DNA of 64,000 bases from Nitrososphaerota archaeon (GTDB lineage Archaea > Thermoproteota > Nitrososphaeria > Nitrososphaerales > Nitrosopumilaceae). Below, one piece after another: positions 39,184-48,872 of the stretch; within the stretch, counting starts at the first letter, position 1, and each line of letters opens with the position of its first letter. Location: the NCBI GenBank assembly GCA_028867755.1, contig JAGWFT010000002.1:208018-272017 (forward strand). Reading direction: 5' to 3'. Made by a program: the position numbers and the translations under genes. Under the pieces are notes generated by a model. It saw only the letters and a list, made by a program, of their open reading frames with translations, had not been told where the DNA came from and searched no databases.

Positions 39184-40734
39184 TTACTGTATAGTGACTG
39201 TAACAAATTGTGACATTGTTACATCTTGGTATCTTGCAGCAATTACTACCTTGTAGGTCCCTGAAAGAGCAAAGTTGTCAGCCAAAAGATTTACTGATAC
39301 TATTTTTTGTTTGTCAAGTGTAATTGTCTTATCACTTGTTGTAACATTAAGGTCTTGCTCGCCTGCAGTCTGCTGTGTCAATATCTGAACTTTATCGCTT
39401 AGTTGTCCACTTGGGATAAGTGTTACATTCACAGTTGAATTCTGGCCTCTATGCAGTGTAATATCTGAAGATGATACATTTAGGGCAAGTGGTAGTGGAA
39501 TAGTTGTATCAAGTACACCAATGTTATTTTCAACCCATTCTGGAAACCATACTTTGTTATTTGCAACTGTAAATTCTAGTACTTGAGCTACTCCACAGTC
39601 TGTTTGGTTGCCACAGTCTGACCAGTTGGGGTTCTTTGATGGTACCAGATATTCTACAAGGGATTCTTTTGTGGGATCAAATACTGCCAACGAATTTGCC
39701 ACCTGTTCGTTGAACCAGAGTTTTCCTTGATTGTCAAATTGATTCCAATATGGCCTTGTAATTGGAGTCTTGATTAATCCTGAAACATTACCATATGTTG
39801 AGAGTTGGGGTAGTGGAGTAATGTATTTTGTAAATTGCTGGGAATGTGGATCGAAGCTGACAAACATACTACTTGCAGTATCCGTGACCCATACTCTGCC
39901 ATCTGCCCCAATCGAGAGTCCATTTGGTGCCTGAATTCCAGAAGGAAGTGTATAGTTTGAGTACTGTGATGTTTGAGGATCATATCTTACAAGATCGCCA
40001 CCTAGTTGGTAGTTCCATATTGTATACCAAATCTTGTTTGAAGAATCGACTCTTATATCGCTTGTAAAGTTAAAGTTTCCAGGAGAAAGAATATTTGTTG
40101 CTTGCAGGTTAGATCCTGTTTGGTCTGTACTGAAGATAGCAACTTTTCTTCCCGTAAAGTCATTTACTATGATATCAGAACCATCAGCCCTTAGCATCTG
40201 GGGAAATGACTCTGATTGACCTTGGGTCCTTGGAAATATGAAACTTGAATAATTCTTTGCTTGAGTATTGAATTCCCAAATCAAGTTATGCTGTGAATCG
40301 CTAAACCAAATATTTCCATTAGGTGCATAGTAAATTCCCCACATCATTGATTTCTCTCCCTTTTGCCATAATGGGTTGTCAAATTCGTGAAATGAACTAG
40401 TGGCAGGAACATATTCTGCGATATTTCCTGTATTGGACTCAGTAAACCAGACATTGCCAGATGGATCAGTGGTAACAGCAAGAGGCTGTGTACACAGAGT
40501 TGGGATCTTGTACTCGCTAATGTATTTGGTTGATCCTGTCATGTTATCGCTTTGGCAAAAAGTTGTTCGCTTGTCAGGAGGATAATTGTCTTCTGGAGTT
40601 CCGGTCAAAACAACTGGTGGGGCAGTCTGTTGTGGGTTACCATGAAAGTAGCCTGCCCCCACTACAGCAATAGTTGAGAGTATGAAAACTGACATAAATG
40701 CAATAGCTAAAAGCTTTTTTAGGTTCTTCTTCAC
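39184..40734 (-). CDS. Secreted Vgb/streptogramin-lyase-like beta-propeller with a C-terminal Ig-like domain
   Basis: Signal peptide; repeated G.VWFTE / DGRVWVTD / GKLWFNE blades. Confidence 0.8.
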   Translation of the reverse strand: MKKNLKKLLAIAFMSVFILSTIAVVGAGYFHGNPQQTAPPVVLTGTPEDNYPPDKRTTFCQSDNMTGSTKYISEYKIPTLCTQPLAVTTDPSGNVWFTESNTGNIAEYVPATSSFHEFDNPLWQKGEKSMMWGIYYAPNGNIWFSDSQHNLIWEFNTQAKNYSSFIFPRTQGQSESFPQMLRADGSDIIVNDFTGRKVAIFSTDQTGSNLQATNILSPGNFNFTSDIRVDSSNKIWYTIWNYQLGGDLVRYDPQTSQYSNYTLPSGIQAPNGLSIGADGRVWVTDTASSMFVSFDPHSQQFTKYITPLPQLSTYGNVSGLIKTPITRPYWNQFDNQGKLWFNEQVANSLAVFDPTKESLVEYLVPSKNPNWSDCGNQTDCGVAQVLEFTVANNKVWFPEWVENNIGVLDTTIPLPLALNVSSSDITLHRGQNSTVNVTLIPSGQLSDKVQILTQQTAGEQDLNVTTSDKTITLDKQKIVSVNLLADNFALSGTYKVVIAARYQDVTMSQFVTVTIQ

Positions 40735-40760
40735 TGAAAAAGAGGCAGTTTTTACCTCGT

Positions 40761-40781
40761 TATATCTTATACGAAGATATA
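40761..40781. promoter_or_regulatory. Perfect 8-5-8 inverted repeat in a divergent promoter region
   Basis: TATATCTT-ATACG-AAGATATA, 27 nt upstream of the 40734 start. Confidence 0.5.
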
Positions 40782-40868
40782 GTTTCTATGAAAGAAGACT
40801 GATACTTTGTAGAACAATTCTGAATCTCATTCTATAAGATAGATATTAAACATAAGAGGGAGTACTTT

Positions 40869-41099
40869 GTGTCAAGTGAAGATGATCTAGAAAGGCTAAA
40901 GCTCTTGAATGTAGTGATGAGTAGAGGAATTCATGCACTATCGCGGGATGATCTTGAGCGCCTTCACTATCTTGTAGAACAAAAAGACTACAGTCATGAC
41001 AAAAAAGCACAAAAGTCAAAGAAAAAACTTCTCAAAAAAATTGCAATTGCAATTTATGATCAAGATGAAAAATATGGCAATTCATTTAAAATAAGCTAG
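40869..41099 (+). CDS. Small hypothetical protein
   Basis: 76 aa with an internal DDLERL..L repeat. Confidence 0.6.
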   Translation: MSSEDDLERLKLLNVVMSRGIHALSRDDLERLHYLVEQKDYSHDKKAQKSKKKLLKKIAIAIYDQDEKYGNSFKIS

Positions 41100-41114
41100 A
41101 AGGAAAGTCAGGCG

Positions 41115-41609
41115 ATGCTAGGCGACTTTATACATGCAATATTCAGTGACGCGTTGTTCATAAAATATGGTCTTCTGGGGCTTTTTTTCAATGGCATGTT
41201 TTCTTCGTTTATTCCAATTCCGACAGAGATCACAACCTCTACACTGCTTTTGGGAGGTGCAAACCCAGTTGATGTCTTTTTGGTTCTAACAGTTGGTTCT
41301 ATAATTGGGGGCTACATTGCTTACTATCTTGGGTATAACGGAAGGCTGATTGGGAAATTCCGAAAATCTACTCCAAAATATGAACAAAAAAGTGTGAACA
41401 TAATGACAAAGTATGGTTGGAGCACAGTAATTTTCTTTTCTCCTTGGATTCCAATACTTGGAGATATTGTATCTATCATAGCTGGGACCAAAAAATACAA
41501 CATAATAAAATATTCTATTGCCATGACAACTGGTAAGATAGTAAAATCTGTTGCAATAGTATTTTTCAGCATACACTTTCTGCACTTGTTATTTCACATT
41601 ATACATTAG
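41115..41609 (+). CDS. DedA/VTT (YqaA-like) membrane protein
   Basis: IPIPTE, GSIIGGYIAYYLG, YGW...FFSPWIPILGD. Confidence 0.88.
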   Translation: MLGDFIHAIFSDALFIKYGLLGLFFNGMFSSFIPIPTEITTSTLLLGGANPVDVFLVLTVGSIIGGYIAYYLGYNGRLIGKFRKSTPKYEQKSVNIMTKYGWSTVIFFSPWIPILGDIVSIIAGTKKYNIIKYSIAMTTGKIVKSVAIVFFSIHFLHLLFHIIH

Positions 41610-41647
41610 GTCAAAGGTATATTACTTGTATATTAGAACCAAATCCT

Positions 41648-44140
41648 ATGAAAGCAGTTTTACCAATTAACTATGATCTGGAATTTGAGCCAGACTTTAA
41701 CAAATTCAAGTTTAGAGGAAAAGAGAAAATTCTCATAAAAGTATCAAAACCAACACGACAGATAGTATTACATGCGGCAGAACTTGAGATCAACGACTGC
41801 ACTATACTCTGGAACGAAAAAAAGCTAAGGGCCAAGGTAAGACTTGATGAAAAAAATGAAGAACTAATTCTAAGCTTACCCAAAAAGATATCTGGCAAAG
41901 TAACACTTTTGATTAATTTTGTAGGGACACTAAACGACAAGCTGGTCGGTTTTTACAGGAGCAAATATGAGTACAAGGGAAAAGAGAGATATCTTGCAAC
42001 TACCCAGTTTGAGGCAGCAGATGCAAGACGAGCTTTTCCATGCTGGGACGAGCCAGAAGACAAGGCAACGTTTTGTGTCTCACTTGTAGTAGACAATAAT
42101 CTAACTGCAATCTCAAACATGCCAGTTGTATCAAAGAAAAGACTTGGCAAGAAGACGCTGTTTAGATTTGATAAAACTCCAGTCATGTCTACATATCTTC
42201 TATATCTTGGAGTAGGTGACTTTGAATTCTTGCAGGGCAAACTTGGTAAGACCCTTGTTCGAATTATCACAACTCGAGGAAAAAAGCAACAGGGAAAGAT
42301 GGCTCTGGTGTTTACAAAGCAATTTCTGTCATATTTTCAAAACTACTTTAAGATTTCATATCCATTGCCAAAGCTTGACATGATAGCAATTCCAGACTTT
42401 GCATCTGGTGCGATGGAAAATTGGGGGGCAATAACATTTAGAGAGACTGTGCTACTCTATGATCCAAAGACATCATCTACTGATACCCTGCAGCACATTG
42501 CAGAAGTAGTGGCACATGAGATTGCACACCAATGGTTTGGAAACCTTGTCACTATGAGATGGTGGAATGATCTGTGGCTTAACGAGAGTTTTGCTACTTT
42601 CATGGCAACAAAAGCAGTAGACAAGATTTATCCAGAGTGGGACTTTTGGGACCAATTCCTAATTTCAGAGATAACTGGAGGACTAAGTCTTGACTCGTTA
42701 AAGTCATCTCATCCAATTGATGTTGATGTAAAAAGCCCAGCAGAGGTCAGGCAAATATTTGATGAAATTAGTTACAATAAAGGTGGTAGTGTACTTATGA
42801 TGTTAGAGAACTTCATAGGACAAGAAAATTTCCGAAAGGGAATGCATAGCTATCTCAAAAAACATGCGTACTCAAATGCAACAACAGAAGATCTCTGGAA
42901 TTCATTGGGTGCCGCATCAAGAAAACCAGTACGTCATATGATGAATACGTGGGTAAGGCAGATTGGCTATCCAATAATAGATGCAACCGAAGTTGGCTCC
43001 AAAATAAAATTGTCTCAAAAGAGATTTCTGCTTGAAAACAATGGCAAAACTCGTCCTGGAAACTGGATAATTCCAATCTCAGTTAGGATGGAAGACAAGG
43101 TAGTCACAAAGATGATGATGAAGCACTCTATTACTATTTCATACTCAAGCAGATGGTTTAAGGTAAATGACGGACAAAAGGGATTCTATAGAGTAAGATA
43201 TGACGAAACTGCACTGGAAAGACTAGGTAAACTTGTAGAGGAAAAGAAGATATCCAATCTTGACAGATGGAGCATACATCATGACTTGACGGCGTTGGTT
43301 CTGTCAAACCAGTATCCGCTCAAGCATTATCTGGACTTTGTAAGATATTATGAGGATGAAGACGATTACGTAGTATTATCTGATATCATTGGATTTCTGA
43401 ACTTTTTGTATGTTTTGTTTTCAGGTGAAAAGTTCTGGGACGAAATAAAAGAATTTAACCAATACTTCATGAATGTTGTATTCCAAAAGATAGGATGGGA
43501 TCCAATCAAGGGAGAAAAATCTACATATGCACTATTGAGAAGTAGTCTGATAAGCTCACTTGTAAAACTCGATGATAAAGAAATATTGGAAGAAGCCAAA
43601 TTGAGATTTTCAAATCTTCTCAGAACAGATTTGTTAAACCCAGATCTAAGAAGTGTAGTATATTCTGCTATTGCATGGACTGGAAACTCAAATACTTATC
43701 AACAATTAATCAGTCTATATCGCAAGGCATCAACACAGGAAGAAAAAGTGAGGTTTCTTGGATCACTTTCAAACTTTAAGGAAGCAAAACTGCTTGACAA
43801 GACTTTTGCCTTTGCCCTCTCAAAAGATGTCAGGACACAGAGTCTTTTTGTGCCAATATCAAAGATGGTAGCAAATCCCAATGGAAAAGACTTGGTATGG
43901 CCTTGGATACAAAAGAACTGGAAAGGACTTGTCAAGAGATTTGGTGTAGGCAATCCGTTGCTTAACAAGGTCATTGGAAGTGTATCTGTTATGGCAGACC
44001 TAAAACATGAAAAAGAAATCCGCAGCTTTTTTACAAAACACCATATTCCAGGAACTGAGATGAAACTTGCTCAGAGTCTTGAAAGAATCAGAATCCATGC
44101 CAAGTTTCTTGAAAATGCAAGAAAAGAATTTGGGCAATAA
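41648..44140 (+). CDS. M1-family zinc aminopeptidase (ERAP1_C-type C-terminus)
   Basis: TQFEAADARRAFPCWDEP, GAMENWG, HEIAHQWFG...NES, YNKG. Confidence 0.96.
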   Translation: MKAVLPINYDLEFEPDFNKFKFRGKEKILIKVSKPTRQIVLHAAELEINDCTILWNEKKLRAKVRLDEKNEELILSLPKKISGKVTLLINFVGTLNDKLVGFYRSKYEYKGKERYLATTQFEAADARRAFPCWDEPEDKATFCVSLVVDNNLTAISNMPVVSKKRLGKKTLFRFDKTPVMSTYLLYLGVGDFEFLQGKLGKTLVRIITTRGKKQQGKMALVFTKQFLSYFQNYFKISYPLPKLDMIAIPDFASGAMENWGAITFRETVLLYDPKTSSTDTLQHIAEVVAHEIAHQWFGNLVTMRWWNDLWLNESFATFMATKAVDKIYPEWDFWDQFLISEITGGLSLDSLKSSHPIDVDVKSPAEVRQIFDEISYNKGGSVLMMLENFIGQENFRKGMHSYLKKHAYSNATTEDLWNSLGAASRKPVRHMMNTWVRQIGYPIIDATEVGSKIKLSQKRFLLENNGKTRPGNWIIPISVRMEDKVVTKMMMKHSITISYSSRWFKVNDGQKGFYRVRYDETALERLGKLVEEKKISNLDRWSIHHDLTALVLSNQYPLKHYLDFVRYYEDEDDYVVLSDIIGFLNFLYVLFSGEKFWDEIKEFNQYFMNVVFQKIGWDPIKGEKSTYALLRSSLISSLVKLDDKEILEEAKLRFSNLLRTDLLNPDLRSVVYSAIAWTGNSNTYQQLISLYRKASTQEEKVRFLGSLSNFKEAKLLDKTFAFALSKDVRTQSLFVPISKMVANPNGKDLVWPWIQKNWKGLVKRFGVGNPLLNKVIGSVSVMADLKHEKEIRSFFTKHHIPGTEMKLAQSLERIRIHAKFLENARKEFGQ

Positions 44141-44265
44141 CTTTCCTTTTTTGAAAAACTCTTAATGTTTAACAATATGATAAAATCAGCAATAAGAAAA
44201 AAATAACAACAAATTACATACTTTTTTGGAACTGTTTTTATAATTTGATACCTTGAAAGTTAGGG

Positions 44266-45546
44266 ATGGTTGACATAAGCATAGGGTCATTGTTTAGGAC
44301 AGAATGGATTCTTCCAATCTTTCTTGGCATGATCTTCCTTGCTTCGTTACTTGCAAAAAAAGTACGATTGCCATACACCATTATTCTTGTAGGTATAGGA
44401 ATAGCGGTATCTTTTATTCACATATCAGGCTTTGGCATATTTGATACCTCGAAATTTCATGTAGATCCAAAGCTAATTTTGTATTTTATTGTGCCACCTT
44501 TAATCTATGAAGCCATGATGAAAATAGATCGAGAACAATTCAAAACAGTACGAATTTCATCATTACTACTTGCTACGCTTGGCGTGGTGCTTGCAACAAT
44601 AGTTGGGGGATTTCTGCTATCATACGTTGCAGGTTTGCCTATAATTGTCGCATTTGCATTTTCTGCTTTGATTGCACCAACTGATGCTGCAATTGTAATC
44701 CAAGTTTTCAACAAAGTCAAGGTGCCAAGAGCATTAACAATGCTCATGGAATCAGAAGCCAGCTTCAATGATGCTACAGGTCTTGTCATTTTTTCCTCTA
44801 TTATTGCAATAGCTGCAGCTCAAGGGTCTACATTGGGCTCACCGGAGACCATTGGACAGATAAATGTCAATATTCTAGAGCAGATGGGGCATTTTGCTGT
44901 TGTATTTTTTGGTGGAATAGCTGTTGGTCTTGGCTTTGCACTGGGCGCAAGGTTCCTCTTCAGGCTTATGGACGAGCCATTTTCAGAGACTGCTCTTTCT
45001 GTTGCTGTATTGTTTGGTTCTGTAGTTGTTGCAAATGCACTACAACTTTCTGGTCTTGTTGCAGCAGCTGCCTCTGGTCTATATTTTGGCAATCTGGTTA
45101 TGAAAGGAAAAGGAATCATGAGCGAAAAAACACTGATGTACAGTTCTCACTTTTGGGAGATGATTGCCTTTTTTGCAAACTCGGTGGCTTTCTTGTATCT
45201 TGGATTGAGCATGGATATACAAAACATGGGAAGAAATCTGCCTCTCATTGCAATGGCATTTGGTGCAGTGCTAGCCGCACGCGCCGCATCTACATACCCA
45301 ATACTTGCAGCAACTCACAGATTTACCCATGAAAAATGGCCCAGTGCATGGAGACATGTGGTGATGATAGGAGGTATGAGGGGCGCATTGTCTGTTGCAC
45401 TTGTGGCAACTCTTCCAGACAGCAATTTCAAGGATATTTTAGAACCTATAACATTCGGCGTTGTACTCTCGTCTCTGATAGTTCAATACCCACTGCTAAC
45501 AAGATACATCAAAAAAGCATTCCCAGAAAGTGCAGTGTCTCAATAA
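44266..45546 (+). CDS. CPA1-family Na+(K+)/H+ antiporter
   Basis: APTD, ESEASFNDATG, GMRGALS. Confidence 0.93.
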   Translation: MVDISIGSLFRTEWILPIFLGMIFLASLLAKKVRLPYTIILVGIGIAVSFIHISGFGIFDTSKFHVDPKLILYFIVPPLIYEAMMKIDREQFKTVRISSLLLATLGVVLATIVGGFLLSYVAGLPIIVAFAFSALIAPTDAAIVIQVFNKVKVPRALTMLMESEASFNDATGLVIFSSIIAIAAAQGSTLGSPETIGQINVNILEQMGHFAVVFFGGIAVGLGFALGARFLFRLMDEPFSETALSVAVLFGSVVVANALQLSGLVAAAASGLYFGNLVMKGKGIMSEKTLMYSSHFWEMIAFFANSVAFLYLGLSMDIQNMGRNLPLIAMAFGAVLAARAASTYPILAATHRFTHEKWPSAWRHVVMIGGMRGALSVALVATLPDSNFKDILEPITFGVVLSSLIVQYPLLTRYIKKAFPESAVSQ

Positions 45547-45587
45547 ATAATCAAATAATATATCGATACTATTCACATAGTACTAGA

Positions 45588-46400
45588 TTGACACAAAACA
45601 CAAACGAGTCTAATGGAATGGTATTGGAAGGCAAGAGTTATGCCCATCTAGGAAAGCACAAGGATGCTGTATCTTTTTTTGACAAGGCATTAAAGGGAGA
45701 TCCACAAAATATGGATGCGTTATATAACAAAGGGTTATCACTTGTTCAACTAAAGAAAAACAAGGACGCTGTGGCGTGTTTTGAAAAAATACTTGAGAAA
45801 GACCCAAACCATGTGTTGGCTTTGAACAACTTGGGAAACTCGTATGCTGAACAACAACAATTTGAACGTGCGATAGGATTCTACGAAAAGGCATTAAAAG
45901 TAGATCCAAGTTATGTACCAGTTATCTACAACAAAGGTATTGCCGATATAGGAATTGGAAAATACGATGAAGCCCTGCGATGTTTCAATCAAGCTCTATC
46001 TGTTGAACCTGGAAATGTCTCTGCCATGTACTTTAAGGGTCTTGTACTTGGAAAACAGAAAAAACATGATGATGCATTGCTGTGTTTTGACAAGGTAATA
46101 GAAAAAGAACCAGAAAATATCGAAGCGTTGTTTTACAAGGCTACTAGTATTGCAGAGCTTGGAAGACACCAAGATGCAATTATACTATTTGATACAGTCC
46201 TAAAAGATAATCCAAAAAATGGTACAGTGATCTATTCCAAGGCAAGGAGTAAAGCAGAGCTTGGTGAAGACCGTGAGGCCCTTGAATTACTTGCGCAGGC
46301 GATATTGTACTATGGAAAGACAATAAAGGGATGGGCAGTCAAGGACTCGGCATTTAATAGACTAAAAGATGATTTACGATTCAAGGCAGTTGTGAAGTAA
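45588..46400 (+). CDS. TPR-repeat protein
   Basis: About seven tandem 34-aa A.Y.KG..L...A...F..AL..DP units; start at TTG 45588 or ATG 45618 rather than 45336. Confidence 0.9.
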   Translation: MTQNTNESNGMVLEGKSYAHLGKHKDAVSFFDKALKGDPQNMDALYNKGLSLVQLKKNKDAVACFEKILEKDPNHVLALNNLGNSYAEQQQFERAIGFYEKALKVDPSYVPVIYNKGIADIGIGKYDEALRCFNQALSVEPGNVSAMYFKGLVLGKQKKHDDALLCFDKVIEKEPENIEALFYKATSIAELGRHQDAIILFDTVLKDNPKNGTVIYSKARSKAELGEDREALELLAQAILYYGKTIKGWAVKDSAFNRLKDDLRFKAVVK

Positions 46401-46403
46401 TAC

Positions 46404-46700
46404 ATGTCAGAAGAGTTTCTAAAAGATGTGAAAATACTGCTTGTTTCTGGTAAGGGTGATACAGCAAGGTTACGAGAAATAATAGATTTCATAAAACAAA
46501 AACATCCAGTATACATGTCAGATTACAAATATGTTCAAAGCCTAATTTCTGTAGAATCCCAAGAAAACAAGACAGAAACCAAACCCCCCGAGGGAGTAAA
46601 AGTAGACAATCCTGTAGAACTTCTCAGAATAAGACTTGCAGAAGGGAAAATAACAATCGATGAATTCAGAGAGCTAAAAAAAGCTATAACTGAAATCTAG
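46404..46700 (+). CDS. Small protein with a C-terminal SHOCT-like domain
   Basis: LRIRLAEGKITIDEFRELKKAI; 3 nt after the TPR stop. Confidence 0.75.
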   Translation: MSEEFLKDVKILLVSGKGDTARLREIIDFIKQKHPVYMSDYKYVQSLISVESQENKTETKPPEGVKVDNPVELLRIRLAEGKITIDEFRELKKAITEI

Positions 46701-46756
46701 ATTTCCAAAAAGAATGATTCCTTCCTAAATCTTAAATTCAAAATAGGACATTTATC

Positions 46757-46770
46757 GCAATATATGTTGC
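46757..46770. promoter_or_regulatory. Near-perfect 14-bp palindrome upstream of the tubulin gene
   Basis: GCAATATATGTTGC (6 of 7 pairs), about 110 nt before the TTG start. Confidence 0.35.
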
Positions 46771-46879
46771 AATCAAGTGCAGTTATATCATTTTCATGTC
46801 TACAACAATCAAGTACAGGCTTTACAATCTTACACTCTCCGCTTAAAGTGGTCTGTTACCTGTAGTATGATGATTAGTA

Positions 46880-48274
46880 TTGTCCAATCTTAATGCTCCT
46901 CTACCACCAGCGCCGGTTCTAATGACCTGTTTTGGCCATTGTGGGATAGGTCTAGGTGCAGAGGCATACAGACGATTGTTAATTGATGTAGGAGCTGATC
47001 CTCTCAAGCCTACGCTAAAAGGAGAGAAGGAGGAGTCACGAGTTTTGAAAAGATACGGCAGTACAATTTTGAGATTTCCAAATTCTTATGGAGGAAACGA
47101 TATACCACTAATTCCAAGAGCATTATTGGTTGATTTAGACCCACGAGCCGCTAATTTGATACTCCAATCATATCCTGATCTGTTTGCACTAAGAGACAAA
47201 CATGTAATTCATGGATCTGGAGGAGCTGCAAGAAACTGGGCAGAAGGAAGAAGCAGATTCATCAATGAAGTAACTAAAAAGTTTGACTTGCAAAAACAAT
47301 TGTCAGGGTTGTCACCTGAACCAGTGAGAGGTTTTACGATACCATTTGCAATGGGTGGGGGTACTGGAAGCTCCTTTGCCAGTGCATTTATGCAATACAT
47401 CAAGAAAGATACCAAAGAGCATGCAACAATAGCATCGTTTGGGCTGTTGCCCGAATTTGGCTGGGATCCAGTTATCTTTGAAGCTGCAGCAATTAATATA
47501 GTCATGAATCTTGAGCACCAGATAAAATATAGTGACTGTTCTATTCTGTTTTCAAACAAGAAGCTAAGAGAGCTTGCCCACAGGCATGAGAAAAAGATTG
47601 AGAAGATACAGTCCATCATTGATGATCTTCCAAAGGAGCATGAGATTGGCTGGAAAGACTACAAAGGTATGAACCTGATTGCCGCAAATGCAATATCCAT
47701 GTTTATTGCATCATTTGCAAGAGAGACAGAATGGGACATGTCAAACTATAGGACATGGCTTGCAACAAAGAAACCAAGATTTGCAGTAGCATGGGTAATT
47801 CCAGTAGTTCCAGAAGAAAGGCAGTGGGGAACAGAGCTAATGTCAGGAGGAAAGGGAAACACTATGGAAGCAATTGTAGATAATATTCACAAGAAAGAGG
47901 ATGCAGTGTTGTTTGACATTGATGAAGGCGATGTCAGAGACAAAGGAGGACAGCGTGATTCCTGTGTCGCGCTGGTAAAAATTAAGGGAGAATTTGATGC
48001 AAAGGAAAGAGAGGTCCTAAAGAATCTGATAAAGGACAGATTCCATATTGAAGACTCGAGAATGATATTTGTCAAGATTCCTATACTGGAGACAGAACAA
48101 GCCAATGTCACCATACTTGTAAACACCAAGGCAATTGGACCCAAGATTTTAGAAATTGCAAGTGAAGCAGAATCTTCTTGGGATGGCTATAAAGAAGAAT
48201 ATGGCAAGTGGGGACTTACAACTGAGGAGTTCAAGCAAAGCCTGATGGATGTCGTTCACCAGTTTAGTGCTTAG
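46880..48274 (+). CDS. Tubulin-family GTPase (artubulin-like archaeal tubulin)
   Basis: GHCGIGLG (cf. GQCGNQIG), IPRALLVDLDP (cf. PRAILVDLEP), GAARNWAEG (cf. GAGNNWAKG), MGGGTGSS signature, FSNKKL, Y..MN; 464 aa. Confidence 0.92.
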   Translation: MSNLNAPLPPAPVLMTCFGHCGIGLGAEAYRRLLIDVGADPLKPTLKGEKEESRVLKRYGSTILRFPNSYGGNDIPLIPRALLVDLDPRAANLILQSYPDLFALRDKHVIHGSGGAARNWAEGRSRFINEVTKKFDLQKQLSGLSPEPVRGFTIPFAMGGGTGSSFASAFMQYIKKDTKEHATIASFGLLPEFGWDPVIFEAAAINIVMNLEHQIKYSDCSILFSNKKLRELAHRHEKKIEKIQSIIDDLPKEHEIGWKDYKGMNLIAANAISMFIASFARETEWDMSNYRTWLATKKPRFAVAWVIPVVPEERQWGTELMSGGKGNTMEAIVDNIHKKEDAVLFDIDEGDVRDKGGQRDSCVALVKIKGEFDAKEREVLKNLIKDRFHIEDSRMIFVKIPILETEQANVTILVNTKAIGPKILEIASEAESSWDGYKEEYGKWGLTTEEFKQSLMDVVHQFSA

Positions 48275-48278
48275 AGGC

Positions 48279-48830
48279 ATGGCAGACTTTAATTTCTTGG
48301 AACAGGTTGCAGCGCAAATCAAGAAAAACAGAAAACAACTAACAGATGTTGAAGACGAACTTTCAACAATAAATTTTAGAATCCACGAGATTCCACTGAA
48401 GATCTCAACTGAATCAAATTTTGCAAAGATGATTGGAGAACAATACAACGATGCCACCAAAGATTTGGAGTCTGCCAAGGAGAGACTTGTGAGAGAAAAG
48501 GAAACTCTAACCACAAAGATAAATGAAGACATATCAACATTTATAGCTGAATTTACATCGCAAGAACTTGTAATCCCACTTGAACTAAATCCAAAGATTG
48601 CTGATGGGAATACTGTTTTCAAATACAAAGGTGGTACCACATTTAAGAACATATTTGATATACTAAGCGAACTTTTGGGACTGAGCTCACCCATACTTGT
48701 AAAAGATGTCATGTTTTCTGCGAATGAAATTGTAATCAAGGTAACAGACGAGTATGAGGCAAAGCAGAAATTTCTAAGCAGTATTAATCAAGTACAGAAA
48801 ACGCTCTCAATAAAAAAAAGACAGGACTAG
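48279..48830 (+). CDS. Coiled-coil protein coupled to the tubulin gene
   Basis: ATG at 48279, 4 nt after the tubulin TAG; two long heptad-rich helices followed by an alpha/beta region. Confidence 0.8.
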   Translation: MADFNFLEQVAAQIKKNRKQLTDVEDELSTINFRIHEIPLKISTESNFAKMIGEQYNDATKDLESAKERLVREKETLTTKINEDISTFIAEFTSQELVIPLELNPKIADGNTVFKYKGGTTFKNIFDILSELLGLSSPILVKDVMFSANEIVIKVTDEYEAKQKFLSSINQVQKTLSIKKRQD

Positions 48831-48872
48831 ATGATAACAACCCTAAAAAATAGGGCTGCACAAATAATCTAA

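Noticed and set aside
45336-45587. N-terminal extension of the TPR ORF overlapping the antiporter gene
   Set aside because: Out-of-frame overlap with a conserved gene; TPR repeats start only after 45618
48149-48739. 196-aa minus-strand ORF over the tubulin partner
   Set aside because: Ser/Phe-rich antisense shadow; the plus-strand ORF is coupled to tubulin
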